DNA from: a virus
Virus record (IMG/VR): IMGVR_UViG_3300030202_003282
Span: 52,754 to 116,753 of that record
Strand: one strand, 5' to 3'
DNA length: 64,000 bases
Within the stretch, counting starts at the first letter, position 1. Each line of letters opens with the position of its first letter. This document shows, one piece after another, positions 32,015 to 41,950 of the stretch. A program made the translations under genes and the position numbers. The notes beneath the pieces are model-generated. The model searched no databases, was not told the DNA's origin, and was given only the letters and a program-made list of their open reading frames with translations.

Positions 32015-32692
32015 TTATAAATCAAAGTCAGATGCACTACCATTTTGACTTACTGGTTCAAAATTAGTAGCTGCAGGTGCTGAAGCTTTCTTTTTTAAAG
32101 GAATAATGTGATTATCTTTATCAAAAGTTAAAAGTCTAGAGTTTTCAATATCTAATGCTTCCATTGGAATACCATCTTTAGACATTCTAGGTAAAAATAA
32201 ATCTTGGTTAGTATAACCTTCTTTATTTTCCCATTCTTTTCCACCAACACACATATTAAACCATCCACTAGCAGAAAAAAGATCATTACAAGATGTCATA
32301 AACTCTTCAATAGTATTTGCTTGTACTTTATCAAGTTCATCTCTTTTACCTAAAACTTCAGAAAGATATACCATACCTTTCATCACTTCATTATCTCTAC
32401 TAATTTCTCTTCCAGATGGAAGTGTAGCATCTTTATATGGATAAGGAGAAAATCTCACTCTTCCTACTTGACCTTGGTATCTTGGACCATTTGGCTCATT
32501 TACATTCAATAAAAATCCTTCAAACTCTCCACCTACAGGCTTTGTTTCAACATTTAATAAAATATTATAAGCTTCTGCATCATATGGTGTTTGATCAAAA
32601 CTAACTGAATTGATTCTTACAACGTGATTTCCAGCACTAATTACTGGTTTAGTTTTTCCGCTTCCAACGGACATGTCTTTAGTGTTTAACAT
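32015..32692 (-). CDS. Probable single-stranded DNA-binding protein
   Basis: Position between AAA_24 and primase; low-complexity linker and acidic 'SDFDL' tail. Confidence 0.6.
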   Translation of the reverse strand: MLNTKDMSVGSGKTKPVISAGNHVVRINSVSFDQTPYDAEAYNILLNVETKPVGGEFEGFLLNVNEPNGPRYQGQVGRVRFSPYPYKDATLPSGREISRDNEVMKGMVYLSEVLGKRDELDKVQANTIEEFMTSCNDLFSASGWFNMCVGGKEWENKEGYTNQDLFLPRMSKDGIPMEALDIENSRLLTFDKDNHIIPLKKKASAPAATNFEPVSQNGSASDFDL

Positions 32693-32715
32693 AGTTACTT
32701 TTTTTGATTAATTAT

Positions 32716-33399
32716 TTATTTATTGTATTCTTCTATATGTTCTTTTACATATTGAAGGTCATTTGGAATGAATTGATCCTCAAACATCCCCATTGGTGAT
32801 TTACATGTATTCTCTCCATTAGTTTGTGTTTCAAAACCATAGTCAAGAGTACCATCATCATTTTTACGTACTTTGCCAAAAAGTACCATTGAAAAAAGGC
32901 CTTCTAAAGTTAAAGCATTATCTATCATTTTACCAACAGTTTTAGCTTTAACTCTTCTGTGACCATTAACATCCGTTGATTCTTCTGAATGAGTTAAAAA
33001 AAATATACATAAATCATCTCTCAAATCTTTTGGATATTTTGCAACCTGTGCCAGGTTAGTAGCTATTTGAGTAAATTTATCATATCCTTTTTCATTGGCT
33101 CTATCAAAATATTCAAAGCTGGACATATATTGCCAATCATCTACAACTAAAGTTTTAATATGTGTCATTTTTTCATTTACATGACGCATTGCTTTTATAA
33201 TGCCTTGTGCAGTAGATGCTGCTGTCATATTACCTTCAGGATTTTCTTTAGAAATTAATGTATAATTCTTTTTCCATCCTTTAAAAGGTAGAGGCTTGTT
33301 TGCAATATTTATAATAAATGTTTCTTCAGGATTTAAATTCCTGATAGAAGTAGATTTTCCACTTCCTGATTCTGCAATTACTAATGTACTTTCTGCCAT
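32716..33399 (-). CDS. AAA_24 (Sak4-like) ATPase
   Basis: 'AESGSGKSTSIRNL', 'LVVDDWQY', 'KTVGKM', 'KSPMGMF'. Confidence 0.85.
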   Translation of the reverse strand: MAESTLVIAESGSGKSTSIRNLNPEETFIINIANKPLPFKGWKKNYTLISKENPEGNMTAASTAQGIIKAMRHVNEKMTHIKTLVVDDWQYMSSFEYFDRANEKGYDKFTQIATNLAQVAKYPKDLRDDLCIFFLTHSEESTDVNGHRRVKAKTVGKMIDNALTLEGLFSMVLFGKVRKNDDGTLDYGFETQTNGENTCKSPMGMFEDQFIPNDLQYVKEHIEEYNK

Positions 33400-33956
33400 T
33401 ATTTTAAATTATTTATTGTTAATATATCAGCTATTCTATCTAATGAATTTGTAATGTTATCTAATCTTTCAATTAATTCACCACCTGCTTTTGGAGCATC
33501 TGGATTTGGAAGTTTAGCAAATTCTTTATCTATTATGTTTTTGATAATTTTACTTGCTGTTTTTTGCTTTCTAGAATTAACATCATTAATTATGTTTAAT
33601 TCAGATACTGGAACAATGTGTCTTTCAAATCCTGAATTGCTTACAATTGCTTCATATTCTTCTTTCCAGTGTAAATTTTTATGTAAAAGATAAAGAGTTC
33701 TTTTAGGATCTTCAGTATCATAATTAATACTTACAAATTCTGTATAAATATCTTCTTCTTTTTGAAATTCACTTGGAAAAAAACTTACATGTAATTCATC
33801 TTTTCCTGGCGGCCTATAAGCCATCTTAGGTATATATAGAGCATCTGAAATATTATTTTTATCAAAATAATCTTGATGTTCTTTTCTTAAGTTTTTAACT
33901 TTCTCTTTACGTTCTGTTGGAGTCATGTTTTTAGTTTTTGTACTTATCATAATCAT
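33399..33956 (-). CDS. Hypothetical protein
   Basis: ORF in the replication operon. Confidence 0.65.
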   Translation of the reverse strand: MIMISTKTKNMTPTERKEKVKNLRKEHQDYFDKNNISDALYIPKMAYRPPGKDELHVSFFPSEFQKEEDIYTEFVSINYDTEDPKRTLYLLHKNLHWKEEYEAIVSNSGFERHIVPVSELNIINDVNSRKQKTASKIIKNIIDKEFAKLPNPDAPKAGGELIERLDNITNSLDRIADILTINNLK

Positions 33957-34909
33957 CTTCTTTGCTGTTGTCCTGGTGTAATCATCTCTGCAATTTCCAT
34001 TTGTTCAAAATGTGCTTTGAAAAAACTCATTCTAGTGTCTCCATTTCTAGCTTTTAAAAAATGAAGAACTAATGTTCTATCATCTTCTATAATATATCTA
34101 TCAGGACCATAAAATCTAATTTTTTGTTTAGCAGGACGATTAATACCAATTAATGTATCTGCATGTTGTAACATTGCATCTGAACCAAATATATCTGATT
34201 CAAGAATATAATTTCCATACTTACCATCTATTGCTCTTTCTGGGTTATCAATATTCCTATTGAGCTGAGATAAAGCAATAAATAAACAAGGATAATCACG
34301 CTTACATTGTGTAAAGAATTCACCTAATTCAAATAACATATCTAATCTATTATTTTGATAAGGTGCTCTTTTTACAAGAATAGTATGATCTAATGTTATT
34401 ATAGTTTTTTGACCTTGATGTTCATTCATATACATGTCAATTTGATCACGCATTTGATTCACTGTCATAGGAGTTCCTATAATATCAACTGGATATTTTA
34501 CTCTTTCTTTTGCATATTGATGACAAACATTCAAAACATCTGTTGTTAATGTGCTTCCTGCACTACATAATTCTTTATAGGTTTTACCAGTTATAGAACT
34601 AAATTCTCTAATGGCTGAAGTTCTTCCAACCATTTCAAACTGAAATTCTAAAACTCTAAAATTATCATCTGGATTTAATGTAAATGATTCTCTTATAATT
34701 TGATCTTTAATTAATGTTTTACCTGATCCAGGTCTTCCACCAATTACAGTAAGAGTATTCCATTCTAATCCATCTGTAGTAGCATCATTAAATTTAGGCC
34801 AAGGAGTATATATTGATTTTTCTTCTCCACTTTGCCTATTAAGCATATACTTTAATGCTTCATTAAATGCACTAAATTGACCAACCCACGCTTCTTTTTT
34901 TTTACTCAT
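33953..34909 (-). CDS. DnaB-like replicative helicase
   Basis: 'GGRPGSGKT', 'FEM', 'TLDH', 'LSQLNR', 'KARNG'. Confidence 0.9.
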   Translation of the reverse strand: MSKKKEAWVGQFSAFNEALKYMLNRQSGEEKSIYTPWPKFNDATTDGLEWNTLTVIGGRPGSGKTLIKDQIIRESFTLNPDDNFRVLEFQFEMVGRTSAIREFSSITGKTYKELCSAGSTLTTDVLNVCHQYAKERVKYPVDIIGTPMTVNQMRDQIDMYMNEHQGQKTIITLDHTILVKRAPYQNNRLDMLFELGEFFTQCKRDYPCLFIALSQLNRNIDNPERAIDGKYGNYILESDIFGSDAMLQHADTLIGINRPAKQKIRFYGPDRYIIEDDRTLVLHFLKARNGDTRMSFFKAHFEQMEIAEMITPGQQQRR

Positions 34910-35499
34910 ACTACTTTTTCTTTAAAATGATCTTCTATTGTATCAACACCTTCTTTAATCAAATCACAATAATCAGCAAGTAATGAAACTTTTACTCTAT
35001 GCTTATCTTGTTTTGAGACAAAATATTGACTTGTTACCATATAAAGATATTCAGCATCTCTATATTCATTAACATACATTTTTGTTGCTTTAATAACATC
35101 ATCCCATGTATAGTCATAGTTTTCAAAAAACCATCTAAATGAATCAGTTAACGCTTTTACATTTTGCCTTGCAGGTTTACCACTAGGTAATTTTTTAGCA
35201 GGAAAGATTTCTCTATACTGTTTAATTTTCTCATTAAAATCTTTTCCCATTAGCTGCAAATTTGTTTTCTTTTTTGCTTTTAAAAAATAATTATCTAAAT
35301 GAGCCATTAAAATTTTTCCTTCAACAGTAATATTATAACCTCCTTCTAATAAAGGTTCTATATAATTATTGTTTTTAAGATCTTCTATATCTTGATTGGT
35401 TATTATAGGCATTGAAACTTTATTCTTCAGGGAAAAAAGCGTGAATGCTTGGTTTGGTGTTATCTTGTGTTTTAATATTATTTTCAGAAATTCCCACAT
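34906..35499 (-). CDS. Hypothetical replication-associated protein (winged-helix-like N-terminus)
   Basis: Immediately upstream of DnaB; 'YNITVEGK'. Confidence 0.55.
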   Translation of the reverse strand: MWEFLKIILKHKITPNQAFTLFSLKNKVSMPIITNQDIEDLKNNNYIEPLLEGGYNITVEGKILMAHLDNYFLKAKKKTNLQLMGKDFNEKIKQYREIFPAKKLPSGKPARQNVKALTDSFRWFFENYDYTWDDVIKATKMYVNEYRDAEYLYMVTSQYFVSKQDKHRVKVSLLADYCDLIKEGVDTIEDHFKEKVV

Positions 35500-35926
35500 A
35501 ATTTTTTATTTCTTTTAAGATTTTAGTATGTACTTTTAAAAAAGTGCTTGATTTACAAAAAATATAATTTTCTGCAGACCTAATAGCATTTATAACACTG
35601 GCATGATTTCTATGTATATGTCTGGCCACCATACTTTTATTATGTCCATAAATATATGATATTAAACAAAATGCTTGTAAATGCATTTGATAATTGATTT
35701 CTCTAGTTCTATATGAAAGGAATTTAACCTGATCATATTGAGGATAATCCTCTTTTAAGATATTTAATGTAATTTTTTCAATTACTGATAATGATATTTT
35801 TGCGTCTCCAGAAATATCTGTTTCTCCAATAATTACAGTAACTTTTTCACTAAAATTATTTTCAAATGAAACTTTAAATTCTTCAATAGCATTATGCATG
35901 CTATGAAGCTCTTCTTTTATAGACAT
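35420..35926 (-). CDS. Protein with a DnaA C-terminal-like HTH
   Basis: 'VARHIHRNHASVINAIR' resembles DnaA domain IV 'RDHTTVIHA'. Confidence 0.6.
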   Translation of the reverse strand: MSIKEELHSMHNAIEEFKVSFENNFSEKVTVIIGETDISGDAKISLSVIEKITLNILKEDYPQYDQVKFLSYRTREINYQMHLQAFCLISYIYGHNKSMVARHIHRNHASVINAIRSAENYIFCKSSTFLKVHTKILKEIKNYVGISENNIKTQDNTKPSIHAFFPEE

Positions 35927-35945
35927 ATGTTAGTTTATTTAAGAA

Positions 35946-36029
35946 CAAATATACGGATTTTTAATGATATTTTAGTGCAAAATAAGATATAATACACTTT
36001 TTTAGTTTAAAATATTTTTATTATATTTG
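35946..36029. promoter_or_regulatory. Divergent Bacteroidota-type -7 promoter elements (TAnnTTTG)
   Basis: TATATTTG on minus (35946-35953) and on plus (36022-36029), between divergent genes. Confidence 0.6.
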
Positions 36030-36134
36030 TCCAATGTTATACAATTTAAAATTACTGCGTGATCTTGAATTATTAAATAATTTACCTAGCCACAAACAAT
36101 TTGTGGTCTATAACAACTCATTAAATACAAAGAA

Positions 36135-36605
36135 ATGTCAGAAAATAAAACCTCAGAAGCAAATGCTCCTAAAAGAGAAAAAAGAAAAATAATTGATAGA
36201 ACTAAAGTAATAACAGGACTTACATTAAATGCGTCTATTGTTCCAGTATTTCAAAATATTTTAATGACTCTTATTGCTCAAATGAAAAACCCAGAAGATA
36301 TTTCTGGTATTTATAAAAAAATTAATGAAATTGAAAAACATATTCAAGAAGAAACAAAAATTCCTATGGAACTTGTTTTAAATCAATTTGAGCAAATGAT
36401 TTATACCTGCACTTATTTGGTTCAATATTGCCAAGTAGAAGCAGAAAAACAGGGGTGTATGGTTGAAGTAGAATCAAATCCTCTTGATCCTGAACAGACC
36501 AAGAAGATGTTTGATTTGATTCTTAATGATAAAAATAAAACTGATAATGAACAATCAGAAATTATGAAAGATTTAATAAAATCTTTAGATGTTAAAAAAG
36601 TCTAA
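36135..36605 (+). CDS. Hypothetical protein; lone plus-strand gene in the minus block
   Basis: 156-aa ORF with its own promoter-like element. Confidence 0.65.
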   Translation: MSENKTSEANAPKREKRKIIDRTKVITGLTLNASIVPVFQNILMTLIAQMKNPEDISGIYKKINEIEKHIQEETKIPMELVLNQFEQMIYTCTYLVQYCQVEAEKQGCMVEVESNPLDPEQTKKMFDLILNDKNKTDNEQSEIMKDLIKSLDVKKV

Positions 36606-36991
36606 GTTCTTAATTGACTTCCATTAAAATCACCTATTCTTATCAATTCTTGAATTACTAAATTTAATTCAGATTTATCACAATCTGCAAATGATTTACA
36701 ATACTCTTGATTATCTTTATTAAAACAAAGACCTGTATGTCTTTTAGACATCATTTTAACTTCTTCAAAAGTATAGCCAATATCATTAGCTAATTGTCTT
36801 ATCATAGCATGTACTCTTGCCAGTTGGGCATTAGACCCTTTACTGGTTGTAGATATGCTAATAAATATTTCTATATTGGCCCCATCAGGGATATCTTCTA
36901 TAAACTTTTTATATCTTGTACCTTGAGCCTTAATTGGATACTTGACTTCACCATCTTGTTTAATGGCTTTTACAAATAGATTATTTTTCAT
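36602..36991 (-). CDS. NinB/YbcN-like protein
   Basis: 'SNAQLARVHAMIRQLANDIGYT.EEVK...SFAD'. Confidence 0.55.
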   Translation of the reverse strand: MKNNLFVKAIKQDGEVKYPIKAQGTRYKKFIEDIPDGANIEIFISISTTSKGSNAQLARVHAMIRQLANDIGYTFEEVKMMSKRHTGLCFNKDNQEYCKSFADCDKSELNLVIQELIRIGDFNGSQLRT

Positions 36992-37244
36992 GTGATATAT
37001 AATACATCTCTTTTCCTTTTTTATGACCTTTAGTCCATTTTTGGATTCTGTATTTATCTCTGCATTGACCTAATAAATTTTCAGCTTCAGCTTTAGAAGA
37101 AATATTTTTAAAAGATAAAGTATTATATGTAATAAGAATTTCTTGAGTTATTTTTTCTACTTCATTTGTCTTAGAATTTAATAATTTTCTTTTTCTTTCT
37201 TCTCTTTTTTGTTCTGCGTTTTCTATATGTATTGTAAGTCTCAT
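36981..37244 (-). CDS. Hypothetical protein
   Basis: 87-aa basic ORF. Confidence 0.55.
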   Translation of the reverse strand: MRLTIHIENAEQKREERKRKLLNSKTNEVEKITQEILITYNTLSFKNISSKAEAENLLGQCRDKYRIQKWTKGHKKGKEMYYISHEK

Positions 37245-37293
37245 ATTTTATTGATTTTTTGTAATTGAGCAACCCTCTTGTTCATCTCCAGGA

Positions 37294-37770
37294 TCACTGA
37301 TGTAAATTGTTGTCATTATATTCTTTAATAGTTTTAAATTTAGTTAGCAGTAATAAGTGAAATAAACTTATTCCTGTAATACATATTATTTCTCCAATTA
37401 GTAAACTAAAAGACATAGATATACCTCCAAGTATATATAAATAAAAGATGTAAACGTATCTTTTAGTTTTCCATAATGGAACTAAACATGTTAGAAAAAA
37501 TGCAATTGCAAATACGTTATGTAATTCTCCATATAAATCAACTGAAAAAACAGTTAACAAAATTAATAATAAACCAGGAATTTCCCAATTTTTCATTTGT
37601 AAGAAATAATAAGCTGTTGCAATATTTGCTAATATAAATACAGGTTGTAATGGTGTTTGCCAATAAGATGACAAAGATGGTTCATAACCATGTATTAATA
37701 AACAAAGGTATGGATACGTGGATGCCATTAAGATTGTTAGTAACCTCCAAGCATATCCATATGACTTCAT
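37294..37770 (-). CDS. Multi-pass membrane protein
   Basis: Five to six TM segments; 'SLSSYW', 'LHNVFAIAFF'. Confidence 0.65.
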   Translation of the reverse strand: MKSYGYAWRLLTILMASTYPYLCLLIHGYEPSLSSYWQTPLQPVFILANIATAYYFLQMKNWEIPGLLLILLTVFSVDLYGELHNVFAIAFFLTCLVPLWKTKRYVYIFYLYILGGISMSFSLLIGEIICITGISLFHLLLLTKFKTIKEYNDNNLHQ

Positions 37771-37837
37771 TTTAATTTAAAATATAATTGTTAGAAAATA
37801 GTTGATACATAATAATATACGAATTTTATTTCAATAA

Positions 37838-38068
37838 TCACTTGAATCTTACTGTATTCCTATCAATTAAAATAAAATCATACCCGCATGTGGCACAATT
37901 CATTTCATTGTTTTCTTTTTGTACCAATTTATCAGTTAGACAATTTGGACAAAGAATGTTTATAGGCTTAATTAAAGCCTCTTCTTTTTGTAAATTAATG
38001 AATTCTTCTAATGGACCGTTGAATTCAGCTTCACGCATTTGCATGAAGATTTCTTTCATTTTACCCAT
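37838..38068 (-). CDS. Small Zn-ribbon protein
   Basis: CPNC...CATC. Confidence 0.65.
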   Translation of the reverse strand: MGKMKEIFMQMREAEFNGPLEEFINLQKEEALIKPINILCPNCLTDKLVQKENNEMNCATCGYDFILIDRNTVRFK

Positions 38069-38490
38069 TAGAAATTTCCTGGTGCTACTTGTAAAACTCT
38101 AAGCCCTAAAGATCTCCACATATCAACTACTTGATCACGGTCATCAATAACATACATAACATTATACTTAGGTCTAATATGATCCATATAGATCTCAGAC
38201 TTAATAATATTATCTTTTCTAAAGTCACCGGTTTTTCTAATATAAAAATCATCAAATCCTACTTTATATTTACGTAACCATGTTACAGTATCTTGTTCAC
38301 AAATACCATCTCTACCTGTAGTAATAATAATTTTATATTTATTAAGACTTGCTAAATCTTTAATAAGTTCAATAACATCCTGATGAGGTTTATCTTGTAA
38401 AACTTTATCCCATTCAAAAGGACTTCTTACACCTCTCATGTCTGCTAATGTACCATCTACATCAACAATAATTGCTTTTTCTTTTGCCAT
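38068..38490 (-). CDS. HAD-family 3'-phosphatase (T4 PNK phosphatase-domain-like)
   Basis: 'DVDGTLA', 'TTGR', 'IKSE', 'DDRDQVVDMWR'. Confidence 0.85.
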   Translation of the reverse strand: MAKEKAIIVDVDGTLADMRGVRSPFEWDKVLQDKPHQDVIELIKDLASLNKYKIIITTGRDGICEQDTVTWLRKYKVGFDDFYIRKTGDFRKDNIIKSEIYMDHIRPKYNVMYVIDDRDQVVDMWRSLGLRVLQVAPGNF

Positions 38491-38500
38491 ATAATTATTT

Positions 38501-39334
38501 TTAAAAAATATATCTAATTGTATTTAAGTTAAAATATTGACTGTAAATCTGTCTAAATTGATTTAACAATGTAGTTTTATATTTTAATGGATATCTCATT
38601 ACTCCACCACCATTTTTAATTTCACTAGATAATCTCATTATTTCTCTAGCTTCTGGTGATGCACGTTGCATTTGTCTTTGATGATTAGTTAATGCAATTA
38701 CTTCACATTTATTTTCACCTGCTATATCATTTACTAAATTAAATAAACGATCATATTCAGTTTTCCATTGTCTATAGAATATTAAAGGACTATAATTTAA
38801 ATGAACTTCCCATCCTAATTTTTTTAATCTATTAATATCATGAACTCTTGATTCAATTTTTTGCATCTTAGGTTCTAAAACATTTGAATAACGTTGAGGC
38901 ATAAGACTTACACGTACCCTTGGAGCTTTGTTAAAGTGATTTACATCTAACTTTAATAATCCTGGATACTTAGTGGCCATAGTGCTATTAAGTTGCTCAT
39001 GATCATCATATCTTTTAAGATAATCAATCAATGGTTCTGGCATATGTTTTTGCATTAATACTAAATCTGAATTGCAAGCAATATCTACCATAGTATATAC
39101 TGGATCTTGTTGATTGGGAATTTTTTTATAAGTTTTTTCCCAATCAACTACAGATCCAAATATTTCATTTACATTTTCATTTACAAAAACTCTTTCACCA
39201 TTAAATCTGGCCATATAACAATATGTTTTAAGGCATCTACCTAAACATCCATAAATAATGTTTGGTGCAATGCAATCAGAACTATTGTTATTAGGTTTTG
39301 TAATTAAAGTTTTAGTTTTTTGTTTTTTTATCAT
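38501..39334 (-). CDS. Spore photoproduct lyase-like radical SAM protein
   Basis: 'GCLGRCLKTYCYM', 'DIACNSD', 'ATK', 'RVSLMP', 'HLNYSP', 'RY'. Confidence 0.75.
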   Translation of the reverse strand: MIKKQKTKTLITKPNNNSSDCIAPNIIYGCLGRCLKTYCYMARFNGERVFVNENVNEIFGSVVDWEKTYKKIPNQQDPVYTMVDIACNSDLVLMQKHMPEPLIDYLKRYDDHEQLNSTMATKYPGLLKLDVNHFNKAPRVRVSLMPQRYSNVLEPKMQKIESRVHDINRLKKLGWEVHLNYSPLIFYRQWKTEYDRLFNLVNDIAGENKCEVIALTNHQRQMQRASPEAREIMRLSSEIKNGGGVMRYPLKYKTTLLNQFRQIYSQYFNLNTIRYIF

Positions 39335-40443
39335 GTTAAAGGATTAAAATAAGTAATCTTATTACGATCAAAATTTTCCAAAGCTTTTTCTAACCATACT
39401 TCATCTACAGTGTTTTTATAACATAGTATATGACATATAGCTGTTTCATCTGGATTCAATCTTAACAATCTACCAATCCTTTGAGATGTTTTTCTTTCAT
39501 TACCATATGAATGCATAATAACACCTTGTTTTAAGTTAGGTATTGTAACACCTTCTGACAATTGTAACACACATGATAATTTATCAATTCTATTATCTTT
39601 AAAATATTCTAAATTGTCTTCTGATTGTTTATTTTTTGAATGATAACTATTTTTACACACTCTATCAGCCTGGGCTTGAGTATTTGCAAAGATTATACAC
39701 TTTTCATTTATATTTTTAAGAAGTCCCTTTAAATAGTCTTCTTTAGATGTGTAATCCATAATACCTCTCATTCTCAATATAGAGGAGAATTGTCTTTGCT
39801 TTGGAGTAACTGATTGTGCCAATCTTTCACATAAATAAGCATAATCTTTTTTTTCAGATGTATACCATTTACCACCATTTTTAGCTTTTTTCATTAATGT
39901 AGGTAGTCCTGATAATTCAAGATGATGAATAATAATCTTATAATCATTTAAAATATTACTATCAGCTGCTTGATCAACAGTAAAAGTGTAAACAATGGGA
40001 CAATATTTTTGCACCATTCTCCACTTTTCAGAACCCTTTCTTTTAGGAGGAGTTCCCGTTAACCCAAGAATTCTACCTTTAAATTGAGACAAAAATGGTT
40101 CATGACTTTCTAATAAACTATGACATTCATCTAAATAAACATAATCAAAATCATTAGGGTTATGTTTATTTATAGACAAATATGTAGTAAATGTTATATG
40201 AGGTATTAATTCTTCTGCATTAATTTCAGCAATTTCATCAATCCAAGATTTAAATATAGAGTGTTTTGGACCTACAATTAGATATCTTACAAAAGGATCA
40301 TAAAAATGTTGCATATGATTTAAACCTATTCTGGTTTTACCTATACCCATTGACATTCCTAATCCACATCTTTGATGTTTATATGCTTCTGTTAAAGCTT
40401 CTTTATTAACAACATCTCTATTCAAAGGTATTGTCTTCTCCAT
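39331..40443 (-). CDS. SF2 DExH helicase
   Basis: 'MGIGKT', 'LDECH', 'GLTGT', 'QRIGRLLR'. Confidence 0.88.
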   Translation of the reverse strand: MEKTIPLNRDVVNKEALTEAYKHQRCGLGMSMGIGKTRIGLNHMQHFYDPFVRYLIVGPKHSIFKSWIDEIAEINAEELIPHITFTTYLSINKHNPNDFDYVYLDECHSLLESHEPFLSQFKGRILGLTGTPPKRKGSEKWRMVQKYCPIVYTFTVDQAADSNILNDYKIIIHHLELSGLPTLMKKAKNGGKWYTSEKKDYAYLCERLAQSVTPKQRQFSSILRMRGIMDYTSKEDYLKGLLKNINEKCIIFANTQAQADRVCKNSYHSKNKQSEDNLEYFKDNRIDKLSCVLQLSEGVTIPNLKQGVIMHSYGNERKTSQRIGRLLRLNPDETAICHILCYKNTVDEVWLEKALENFDRNKITYFNPLT

Positions 40444-40756
40444 ATTTCATTTTTATAACATCTCTAATAAATGCAGCTTTTTTATAATCTTCTTTATTTA
40501 CTGCCATTTCTAAACTAAAAATTAAAAGCTCTTTTTGATCAAAATCACCAATTAAGCCTTCATAATTTTTTTCAACAGAATTATCTGTTTGTGCATTTCT
40601 AACTTCTTTTAATAAAGTAATAATGTTTTCTTCTAGATTACTTATAGTTTTTTGCAATGCATTATATAATTGAACTCTTTTATGTAAAGATCCAATATAA
40701 AATCCTAATAATCCTGCACATAAGCCTATGCTTATATTTAATATTATTTGTTCCAT
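40418..40756 (-). CDS. Membrane-anchored protein with a C-terminal UVR (UvrB/C) motif
   Basis: N-terminal TM; 'LEMAVNKEDYKKAAFIRDVI'. Confidence 0.65.
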   Translation of the reverse strand: MEQIILNISIGLCAGLLGFYIGSLHKRVQLYNALQKTISNLEENIITLLKEVRNAQTDNSVEKNYEGLIGDFDQKELLIFSLEMAVNKEDYKKAAFIRDVIKMKYGEDNTFE

Positions 40757-40757
40757 A

Positions 40758-41033
40758 TTAATCAGTTTTTTTTAAATTTTTATATAAATCATTAAAAGCT
40801 TCTTCTGGATTTTTTCCTTTACCTATTTTATAAGTATTTCCATTAAAGTATTCTCTTTTATGATCAGAAGGAAAACAAAACCATTGTCCCCTATGATGAT
40901 TATAATGAAATAATACTCCGTAAAGTTTATTTCCAAATTTTTGAGTAAATGATGAATAAGTATTTCCTAAAGGTTGTACGTAACCAAATGTTTTTTCTTG
41001 CCTTATTTCATTTAATGTTCTTTTTTTTGTCAT
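40758..41033 (-). CDS. Hypothetical protein
   Basis: Likely start MTKKRTL at 41033. Confidence 0.55.
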   Translation of the reverse strand: MTKKRTLNEIRQEKTFGYVQPLGNTYSSFTQKFGNKLYGVLFHYNHHRGQWFCFPSDHKREYFNGNTYKIGKGKNPEEAFNDLYKNLKKTD

Positions 41034-41038
41034 AATAT

Positions 41039-41299
41039 TTATTTTGACTGAGAAAATCCTAACTCTTTTGCATCTTTTGGATTTTCTTCTATCCACATGT
41101 GACAATTTCTACATACTGCTAGCCAGGTAGTTGTATCTAAATGATACTTTCCCCGGCCTTTCATATGATGCACATCTGTAGCTTTAAGCATACAATTGTG
41201 TATAACTGCTTCACAAAGTGGTTTATTTTTAAAAAATTCTTTTCTTAATTTAGAATAAGAATTATTTTGCTTTGCTAACTTCTTTGAGACTTTTCTCAT
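41039..41299 (-). CDS. Small HNH endonuclease
   Basis: 'LCE...C...ATDVHHMKGR...VCRNCHMWI'. Confidence 0.8.
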   Translation of the reverse strand: MRKVSKKLAKQNNSYSKLRKEFFKNKPLCEAVIHNCMLKATDVHHMKGRGKYHLDTTTWLAVCRNCHMWIEENPKDAKELGFSQSK

Positions 41300-41831
41300 T
41301 TTTAATTGGTTTTAATGATAAAAAATCCTTTGGTAAAAGCCCTTTTGATATATAAAATAATATTAAATCATCATAGGTTAAACCTAAATCTTTTAAACTT
41401 ATTTTATTTTTATATGTAAGGTCTACATCATTAATAGATGCATTTACAAAGCCTTCAGCTAAAGAACTATTAGTAAATATACGGAATATTTCATTTGATC
41501 TTTTATTGCAAATGACTTGTTTCCACATATTTAACTCATTTTGACCTCTTTGCCAAACTTTTTTAATTCTTCTTTTTTTGTCCCAATGCATTTTCTGAAC
41601 TTCTTCAGGTTTATATACATTTAGACCGTGTAACACTCTTTTAAATAAAAAATGTTGATGCGGATTTAATTTAGTATAACATATAGTTTGTACTAAATTT
41701 TTTGGTTGAGTTTGATATTCAGATAATAAACCTAAATATGCATATCTCTCTTCTCTTTTTTTTAATTCCTCAATTGCTTGAGCTTTATTTACTTCTTTTT
41801 TAATTTTTTGTAATTGTTCTGGTTTAAACAT
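41262..41831 (-). CDS. Hypothetical protein
   Basis: 189-aa ORF. Confidence 0.65.
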   Translation of the reverse strand: MFKPEQLQKIKKEVNKAQAIEELKKREERYAYLGLLSEYQTQPKNLVQTICYTKLNPHQHFLFKRVLHGLNVYKPEEVQKMHWDKKRRIKKVWQRGQNELNMWKQVICNKRSNEIFRIFTNSSLAEGFVNASINDVDLTYKNKISLKDLGLTYDDLILFYISKGLLPKDFLSLKPIKNEKSLKEVSKAK

Positions 41832-41866
41832 AAGATTTATTTTAAGTGATTATTAAGATTGATATG

Positions 41867-41903
41867 AAAAAAAAAGAGAGACAGTGCTAATACTGCCTCT
41901 CTT
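41867..41903 (-). terminator. Rho-independent terminator
   Basis: Minus strand AAGAGAGGCAGT-loop-ACTGTCTCTC followed by a T run. Confidence 0.7.
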
Positions 41904-41950
41904 ATGAATTACTAGTTTCCCCGGCTTAACCCGTTGGCAATCTATTAATT

